Shown: positions 8,415-13,774 of the stretch, one piece after another | How the letters are laid out: each line of letters starts with the position of its first letter | Numbering within the stretch: the first letter of the stretch is position 1 | Source of the DNA: an uncultured Candidatus Saccharibacteria bacterium | GTDB lineage: Bacteria > Patescibacteriota > Saccharimonadia > Saccharimonadales > JAGQNJ01 | Length of the DNA: 24,905 nt | NCBI GenBank assembly: GCA_964421475.1 | Contig: CAYQXB010000001.1 | Span: 1-24,905 of the forward strand | Direction: 5' to 3' | Notes under the pieces: model-generated | Databases searched by the model: none | The model's input: only the letters and a program-made list of their open reading frames with translations | What the model was told of the DNA's origin: nothing | Program-made: the position numbers and the translations under genes

Positions 8415-9313
8415 AAATCGCAATTTTATCACGAGGACCAGGCAACTATTCAACAAAGCGCCTCAAAAAAGAGGCCGAAGACCGCGGACACAGCGTGCGC
8501 GTTATTAACCACGCCGAGTGTTATTTAACAGCTGAACAAAGCAAGCCGGTCGTGCGCTACGAAGGTGAAGATCTTAGTCACATCGACGTTATTATCCCGC
8601 GTATCGGACAAAGCATTACCAAGTACGGTACGGCGATTGTTCGCCAGTTTGAAATGCAAGGTGTGTTTAGCACCAGTAGCTCGATTGCGATTAACCGTTC
8701 GCGTGACAAATTGCGTACTATGCAGCTGTTGGCACGCGCCGGAGTTGGTATTCCAAAAACAGTGTTCGCCCGGGAAACCGCCGATGTTGATGACGTTATC
8801 GAGCAGGCTGGCGGCGTGCCACTTATTATCAAGGTTGCGCGCGGCACACATGGCAACGGCGTAGTGCTTGCCGAAACTCGCAAAGCGGCCCAAGCGGTAA
8901 TGCAGGCCTTTTATGTTGAAGGCGTGAACTTTGTGGTTCAGGAATTTATTGAAGAATCAGCCGGTACGGACATTCGTGCTGTGGTGGTTGGCGGCAAGGT
9001 CGTGGCCAGTATGAAGCGCCAGAGTTTGGACGATGATTTCCGTTCAAATCTGCATCAAGGCGGACAAGGCACACCGATTAAACTGACCGACGAAGAACGC
9101 AAAACGGCTCAAAAAGCGGCTCGGGCGATGGGGCTTTCGATCTGTGGTGTTGATATGCTACGTTCTAAACGCGGGCCGTTGGTGCTCGAAGTAAACCCAA
9201 GCCCAGGGTTTGGGATCGAAAAGGTGACCGAGCGAAACGTTGCCGGCAAAATTATTGAATACATCGAGCAAAACGCAACCAAGCAACATCGCCGTGACCG
9301 AGTCGGCGCCTAA
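8411..9313 (+). CDS. rimK: RimK family alpha-L-glutamate ligase
   Basis: MKIAILSR, IIPRIG, SRDKLRTMQLL, GTHGNGV, QEFIEE, DIRAVVVGG, FRSNLHQGG, GVDMLRS and LEVNPSPG motifs; 300 aa. Confidence 0.95.
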   Translation: MKIAILSRGPGNYSTKRLKKEAEDRGHSVRVINHAECYLTAEQSKPVVRYEGEDLSHIDVIIPRIGQSITKYGTAIVRQFEMQGVFSTSSSIAINRSRDKLRTMQLLARAGVGIPKTVFARETADVDDVIEQAGGVPLIIKVARGTHGNGVVLAETRKAAQAVMQAFYVEGVNFVVQEFIEESAGTDIRAVVVGGKVVASMKRQSLDDDFRSNLHQGGQGTPIKLTDEERKTAQKAARAMGLSICGVDMLRSKRGPLVLEVNPSPGFGIEKVTERNVAGKIIEYIEQNATKQHRRDRVGA

Positions 9314-9746
9314 ACGCTTTAAAATTCTGCTGGGCGGTATAGTTGTGTTTGCGGTGCTGGTCATTGCCGCCCGCATTTTGTTTTCGTTCTTGCCACCACA
9401 TTCAATAGAAGTCGGCACAAAAACATACAGTGTGGAGTGGGCAACCACGAACACGCAACGAAACAGGGGACTTTCTAACCGAGCAAGTCTGCCCGAAAAT
9501 CACGGCATGGTATTTCTATTCGATAGAAACGATGAGCATTGTTTTTGGATGAAGGATGTACATTTTGCGCTCGATATTATTTGGCTCAACGACCGTAAAC
9601 AAGTCACCAGTATGTACCAAAATGTGGAACCCGAGACGTACCCGCAATCGTTTTGCTCGAATGAAGATGGTCGGTTTGGGATTGAACTGCCGGCTGGCTC
9701 TATTGAGCAATCCGGCTTGCAGGTTGGCGATCCAGTTTACTTCTAG
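9294..9746 (+). CDS. DUF192 family protein with N-terminal membrane anchor
   Basis: RGLSNR, GMVFLF, FWMKDVHFALDIIW and IELPAG motifs. GTG at 9294 is preferred over the ORF-track start at 9240, which lies deeper inside rimK. Confidence 0.85.
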   Translation: MTESAPKRFKILLGGIVVFAVLVIAARILFSFLPPHSIEVGTKTYSVEWATTNTQRNRGLSNRASLPENHGMVFLFDRNDEHCFWMKDVHFALDIIWLNDRKQVTSMYQNVEPETYPQSFCSNEDGRFGIELPAGSIEQSGLQVGDPVYF

Positions 9747-9788
9747 CAGCTCTATAATAGCGTTCACAAAACTGGTATCATAAGCGGG

Positions 9789-10280
9789 ATGGAATACAGC
9801 GTTCTGCTGATTATTATTTTGCTTTTCCCGCTGGCGCTGGGGCTTGTTTTTCGCGTATCGGCATCAGCATTATTTTTTAGTATTATGGCTGGTGAATTGT
9901 TGGCAAGGTATTTTCATGTTGAAGCCGAACGCGCGCTAAAAGTAATGGTCGGCGCGGGCGCTAGTCATTACGGCGAAGCACTGATTTTGATCATCCCAAT
10001 TGTGCTGACTGCTATCGTCATGCGCGGAACGCTGCCGCGTGCCAAACTGGTGATTAGTTTTATTCCGCTATTAATTTCTGGCATTGTGTTTGCGGTATTT
10101 TTGCTGCCAATTTTACCGGCCGAACTTCAGGCACACCTTCGTGCTAACGAATACGCGGCACATTTGTATGATATGAATTCAGCATTTGTCGGAATTATTA
10201 TTCTGACGCACTTGGTGCTGATGTGGGTGTTTGATAGGGGCGAACACAAAGGCAAAAAACACCGTCGCAAAAAAGACTAG
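9789..10280 (+). CDS. Multi-pass membrane protein of unknown function
   Basis: About five hydrophobic segments and a basic C-terminal tail. Extended -10 TGgTATCAT (9773-9781) lies 7 nt upstream of the ATG. Confidence 0.75.
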   Translation: MEYSVLLIIILLFPLALGLVFRVSASALFFSIMAGELLARYFHVEAERALKVMVGAGASHYGEALILIIPIVLTAIVMRGTLPRAKLVISFIPLLISGIVFAVFLLPILPAELQAHLRANEYAAHLYDMNSAFVGIIILTHLVLMWVFDRGEHKGKKHRRKKD

Positions 10281-10282
10281 GC

Positions 10283-10969
10283 TCACGATTCGTTCAATTT
10301 CCACTCGGTGAAGTACCGAAGCGGATCGGGGAATAGCTGAGCATTTTTTACAAAGGTGGCTCTTGTCGAATAACCAATGGGGGTTTTGCCTGCCGGTGGC
10401 AGCTCTCTGAGTATTTGTACGTGCAAGTGCCGCGACCAACCACCATTTTCGTTATTTGTATGATCACCGAGGTGCGCAATAACATCACCGGCTTTTACTT
10501 TTCCGATATCTTTTTTATCGTACGATAAATGCCCAAAGAAAATATAGAAATCAGCACCTGACGGCTGAAAAATTATGTAATTTCCAAACTCGCCAAACCC
10601 GGCTTCATAGTCGCTGCGCACGATTTTGCCATCGCACGGCGCAAAAACTGGCTCCAGATTTTTTGCAAAAATATCTATCGCCATATGAATGGTTCGGCCT
10701 TGCTTTCCGGCGGGCGTGTCTGCGAGCATGGCCCGGCGGTCTTCGCCGTAACGACCAATAAGATAGCGAGACTGTGCTTTATCAAGCAAAGTATCGTTGA
10801 ATGTTTGGCGTAGTTCGGGTAAGCGCGGATTCTTGTTTGCTGCACTCGCTGTTTCAAAAAACTGCTGAATATTCGCGTGATCTGGCATGTCTGATGAAAG
10901 CTGCGCGAAATCTAAAATCATTGCAACTGATTTTGTAAAAAGTTCGGCTAAGGGCTCACGTAATATCAT
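10283..10969 (-). CDS. M23-family (LytM) metallopeptidase-like protein
   Basis: HxxxD (HMAID) and HxH (RHLHVQ) motifs, VFAPCDGKI and FGHLS. Strong SD (AGGAGG) in the 12-bp gap after the upstream gene. No signal peptide is visible. Confidence 0.85.
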   Translation of the reverse strand: MILREPLAELFTKSVAMILDFAQLSSDMPDHANIQQFFETASAANKNPRLPELRQTFNDTLLDKAQSRYLIGRYGEDRRAMLADTPAGKQGRTIHMAIDIFAKNLEPVFAPCDGKIVRSDYEAGFGEFGNYIIFQPSGADFYIFFGHLSYDKKDIGKVKAGDVIAHLGDHTNNENGGWSRHLHVQILRELPPAGKTPIGYSTRATFVKNAQLFPDPLRYFTEWKLNES

Positions 10970-10981
10970 ACCTCCTCCTGA

Positions 10982-11932
10982 TTATAGCGGTACATAAGAC
11001 ACAGCAAAATCGTTAAACTGCCGCGTCTCTACGCCGTCGTTAACTGAAAAATTTTGAGGCAAAATGCCAAACGTTGGTGTTTGCTCGAACTCTACGTAAC
11101 GGTCAAAGTAGCAAAAATTTCTGCCATTTTGAGCCGCTGCACGTATAACGCCGGGCATCGCTAAGTTACTCTCGCCGTAAAGAATGTCAATGTTTGCTTC
11201 ACCAGTACGTTGTTGTTCAACAAGGTGCTGAATCAAGAACCCAGACACACTTGCATATAAGCCGTTGCCGCGTAAATTTGACAGGGTGCTAGCTTCGGTG
11301 CTTTCGGCAATATGTAAATTACCAAAATTATTAATGGCAATTGTTGCTTGTTCGGCCATTGCAGTTGAAGCAACGACACCATCCATACGAGCAAAGGCAA
11401 TAGTGTTTGCACTGTCCGTTAGAATATCGGTGGTTTTGCTTTGATCGTAATCAAATGGTGCATACAGTACTGTAAACTGGTCACAAAATTCGTGAGCTTG
11501 CGCTGGTGTTAAGAGCTCGGGGGTTGCCAGCGAATCACGTTGTTTCGGTGATAGAGTGCGTACGGTTCTTAGTAGTTTATGATAGTTGCTCAGATGAGCA
11601 GTATCGAGGGCGCGAGCTTCCTCGTTTAGCCCCAGATATACTAATCCAAGGCTTGTTTGTCGGACTGGCAAAATAGCCTCAATATTTGCTCGGCCAGTCT
11701 GTAGGTTGGCAAGCGCACCAATTTCGGCTAACACCCGAATACTTGCCCGATTAACTCCAGGTTTAGCATGCATAGCATTGATTGTGGCTTCGACCTGATC
11801 AATGCAGGCTTGGGCGCTTTGCTGATCAGTAATAACGTTGTCGACGTAAAATCCACGAAGCCGCTGCTGTGTATCAACAGTTGGTGGCCAGTTTGCATCA
11901 ATCGAACTCGTTGATTGTGTAAAAGTTTCCAT
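10982..11932 (-). CDS. GNAT-family acetyltransferase resembling beta-lysine N-acetyltransferases (AblB/YodP-like)
   Basis: AESTEASTLSNLRGNGLY matches the acetyl-CoA-binding motif A (the AELTDCATLPEYRGKG pattern of AblB/YodP, recalled from memory). AGGAGA SD upstream. Family assignment by eye only. Confidence 0.6.
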   Translation of the reverse strand: METFTQSTSSIDANWPPTVDTQQRLRGFYVDNVITDQQSAQACIDQVEATINAMHAKPGVNRASIRVLAEIGALANLQTGRANIEAILPVRQTSLGLVYLGLNEEARALDTAHLSNYHKLLRTVRTLSPKQRDSLATPELLTPAQAHEFCDQFTVLYAPFDYDQSKTTDILTDSANTIAFARMDGVVASTAMAEQATIAINNFGNLHIAESTEASTLSNLRGNGLYASVSGFLIQHLVEQQRTGEANIDILYGESNLAMPGVIRAAAQNGRNFCYFDRYVEFEQTPTFGILPQNFSVNDGVETRQFNDFAVSYVPL

Positions 11933-11955
11933 TTTATTCTCCTATTCAAATAATT

Positions 11956-11987
11956 AAAAAAGCCCTTCGCCGTAGCGCGGGCTTTTT
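11956..11987 (-). terminator. Intrinsic terminator (attenuator hairpin 3:4) in the leader of the GNAT-M23 operon
   Basis: Minus strand AAAAAGCCC-G-CGC-UACG-GCG-AA-GGGC-UUUUUU: a GC stem with a C(UACG)G tetraloop followed by a U6 tract, 23 nt before the ATG at 11932. Confidence 0.85.
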
Positions 11988-12006
11988 GCATATCAAAACA
12001 GGAGCG

Positions 12007-12063
12007 CTACGGCCGAAGCTTTAGGCTCTTTTTCTTTGAATCTAGCAAATAGTTCAAAAACAT
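12007..12063 (-). CDS. Putative attenuator leader peptide MFLNYLLDSKKKSLKLRP* (absent from the ORF track)
   Basis: Translated by hand. It starts 7 nt after the predicted -10 box. Its stop codon lies inside the antiterminator strand. Confidence 0.65.
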   Translation of the reverse strand: MFLNYLLDSKKKSLKLRP

Positions 12064-12070
12064 AATGATA

Positions 12071-12099
12071 ACAATAATACAAAAATATTAAATAGTCAA
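12071..12099 (-). promoter_or_regulatory. Sigma70-type promoter of the leader + GNAT-M23 operon
   Basis: TTGACT (12099-12094), 17-bp spacer, TATTGT (12076-12071). Confidence 0.65.
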
Positions 12100-12141
12100 G
12101 GTATAGTTTATTACGATTGGCGAAAGTGGCAAAAAATAGCG

Positions 12142-12405
12142 TTACCAATCGCCGCGAACAAATGGATGTTCACACTGCCTGTTAATCGCATCGTTCGGTA
12201 GTGTTAAAGTGGTTGTTTCGGGGCCGATAACAAGATCTTCAGGGTTGCCAAGGGCGGTATTGCCGATAAAGACTTGGGTTCCCGGGCGTGATTCATCGGC
12301 CCTTCTAATAAAGGTTTCAGCATCAGCCTGCACAATTTCTTTTGTTATTGCATCTTGGCCCACTGAAATTTTGAACTCAGGACTTGCATCTTTTGCTTCC
12401 AGCAA
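12142..12405 (-). CDS. Hypothetical protein or gene remnant
   Basis: 87-aa ORF with a TTG start and no recognisable motif. It sits next to tRNA-derived scars. Confidence 0.3.
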   Translation of the reverse strand: MLEAKDASPEFKISVGQDAITKEIVQADAETFIRRADESRPGTQVFIGNTALGNPEDLVIGPETTTLTLPNDAINRQCEHPFVRGDW

Positions 12406-12442
12406 AATCTGCGTCCTTAGGTTCGAGACTCAATAGATCATT

Positions 12443-12484
12443 CCAACAAAAAAGACCTACATGAATGTAGATCTTGTTTGTTGG
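12443..12484. terminator. Terminator-like inverted repeat next to the duplicated tRNA 3' end
   Basis: CCAACAAAAAAGACCTAC-ATGAAT-GTAGATCTTGTTTGTTGG; 16 of 18 arm positions are complementary. Confidence 0.55.
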
Positions 12485-12495
12485 AGGGCCCACTG
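12481..12495 (-). repeat. 15-bp direct repeat of the tRNA-Lys 3' end (att-like)
   Basis: TTGGAGGGCCCACTG at 12481-12495 is identical to 12626-12640. Confidence 0.85.
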
Positions 12496-12597
12496 ATGAC
12501 AACGCACGTTAATCGGTGCGCCGAGAAACTTCTCGGGCACACGACTAACGACCGAACCAAGTCTGGGTTCGCAATTCGCAGGCGAATTCTCCCAAAT

Positions 12598-12618
12598 CAA
12601 AAAGCCTCCGAAGAGGCT
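12598..12618 (-). terminator. Intrinsic terminator downstream of tRNA-Lys
   Basis: Minus strand AGCCTC-TTCG-GAGGCT followed by a T run. Confidence 0.75.
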
Positions 12619-12626
12619 CCTTGATT

Positions 12627-12703
12627 TGGAGGGCCCACTGGGACTCGAACCCAGGACACCCTGCTTAAAAGGCAGGTGCTCTAACCGGCTGAGCTATGGG
12701 CCC
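12627..12703 (-). tRNA. tRNA-Lys (anticodon UUU), 77 nt, CCA encoded
   Basis: Folded by hand: acceptor GGGCCCA/TGGGCCC, D stem GCTC/GAGC, anticodon stem CCTGC/GCAGG with loop CTTTTAA, T stem CTGGG/CCCAG with loop TTCGAGT, then T-CCA. Confidence 0.97.
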
Positions 12704-12714
12704 ACATAGCGTGG

Positions 12715-12742
12715 ATTATATAAAAGTACGACTCGCTGTAAA
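12715..12742 (-). promoter_or_regulatory. Promoter of tRNA-Lys
   Basis: TTTACA (12742-12737), 16-bp spacer, TATAAT (12720-12715). Confidence 0.7.
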
Positions 12743-12808
12743 AACATTCCGTGCCTTCCGGTTAGAGCACGGTGCTTATTTACTTTCGATGAAACAAGTT
12801 CATCGGGG

Positions 12809-12826
12809 CGGCTGAGCTATGGGCCC
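12809..12826 (-). repeat. 18-bp direct repeat of the tRNA-Lys 5' end
   Basis: CGGCTGAGCTATGGGCCC at 12809-12826 is identical to 12686-12703. Confidence 0.85.
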
Positions 12827-12831
12827 TCGTC

Positions 12832-12909
12832 GACGCTAGCCTCTGAGCTAGCAAGCTGTGAGCACAAAACAAGTTTGCTGCTCTCAGCTTGCTAGCTCGA
12901 TGCTGCGTC
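12832..12909. repeat. Long imperfect palindrome (REP/MITE-like or structured RNA)
   Basis: Perfect 14-bp arms GAGCTAGCAAGCTG/CAGCTTGCTAGCTC, closed further out by GACGC/GCGTC. Confidence 0.75.
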
Positions 12910-12994
12910 TCCTCTCAAAATTCCAAACAGCAACATGTTGCTTGGTTTGCATTTTTGGGAATGCTACAGATTTAATGTGCGTAAAACAGGGGTT

Positions 12995-13023
12995 ATTATC
13001 TCTGTTTTGAGTCAAAAAGTCAA
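12995..13023 (-). promoter_or_regulatory. Orphan sigma70-type promoter pointing into the hairpin/tRNA region
   Basis: TTGACT (13023-13018), 17-bp spacer, GATAAT (13000-12995). The -10 box is flanked by the inverted repeat AAAACAG/CTGTTTT. Confidence 0.55.
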
Positions 13024-13057
13024 CACGAGTATTAGTTGATTTAGTTTTTTGCTATTT

Positions 13058-13747
13058 TTACTTTTGCAACACGAGCCAAAAGTTTGTGGCAGTTCCGTGA
13101 CGGCCTAACTTTTCAGCTGGTTTGCTAATTTTTTTGAGTTCAATGATCGTAAAATCTTTATAAAATTCTCTAAGCTCGGCTTCGTCATAATTCTTTTGGA
13201 ATTTTCCATTTGGCCAAAAAGCGCTGTTTGGTTCTGAGCCCGGTCGCTTGGTGATTGCTTCACTTTCCCATTCATCGTCGCTCGAGCAAACATTGACCAT
13301 GGCGTAGCCACCAGGCCTAAGCGTCCTTAGCATTTCATCCCGATAAATTTCGCGGCCAGTTTTTGTTTCGATATCAATCGATGAAAAACAATCCACAGCA
13401 TAATCAAAAAAGTTGTCTTCAAACGGCCAGCCTTCGTCTATAGCGGCTTGCAGAAAATGTATGTTCTTGCTAACGTTTTGCTCTTCGGCAATTTCGCGCG
13501 CTATATCGAGCGCAGGCTGAATATAATCGATCGCGTAAACGTCTAGACTTTTTTGAGCCAGAAAAATAGCGTTACGGCCTTTACCACACCCAATATCGAT
13601 AATTTTTTTGGCAGTCAAATCCGCATGTTTCGTTTTCAAAAAATCAGCAAACGCAACGACGCCGCTACCTGGCTCAATTTTGGCAAGGCTTGGCAATAAA
13701 TCAGGATTAGTATGTTCCTCGAGCCAAATTTGTTGCTGTTTTCGCAT
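13058..13747 (-). CDS. Class I SAM-dependent methyltransferase
   Basis: IIDIGCGKGRN (motif I), YAIDY, FFDYAV and LRPGGY. Extended -10 TGcTATAAT (13762-13754) lies 6 nt upstream. Confidence 0.92.
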   Translation of the reverse strand: MRKQQQIWLEEHTNPDLLPSLAKIEPGSGVVAFADFLKTKHADLTAKKIIDIGCGKGRNAIFLAQKSLDVYAIDYIQPALDIAREIAEEQNVSKNIHFLQAAIDEGWPFEDNFFDYAVDCFSSIDIETKTGREIYRDEMLRTLRPGGYAMVNVCSSDDEWESEAITKRPGSEPNSAFWPNGKFQKNYDEAELREFYKDFTIIELKKISKPAEKLGRHGTATNFWLVLQK

Positions 13748-13774
13748 GCAGGTATTATAGCAAGTTGTGGTTTA

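Noticed and set aside
9240-9293. ORF-track start of DUF192 at 9240
   Set aside because: It gives a 74-bp overlap with rimK. GTG 9294 gives a short overlap and places the TM helix near the N-terminus.
12010-12021. Macrolide-arrest +X+ motif (K-L-R) in the leader peptide as the inducing signal
   Set aside because: A ribosome stalled at KLR would cover the antiterminator strand and favour termination, so it cannot induce read-through. Stalling at KKK remains possible whatever its cause.
11956-12063. Lysine riboswitch or T-box as the explanation for the terminator/antiterminator
   Set aside because: Only about 35 nt separate the predicted start site from the first hairpin, far too short for either element. 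No T-box consensus (GGUGGNACC) is present.
12481-12826. Prophage or intact integrative element at tRNA-Lys
   Set aside because: No integrase, recombinase or phage gene is nearby, and the att-like copy is only 145 bp from the tRNA copy.
13712-13774. ORF-track start of comEC at 13712
   Set aside because: It overlaps the divergent methyltransferase start and promoter. ATG 13775 is more plausible.
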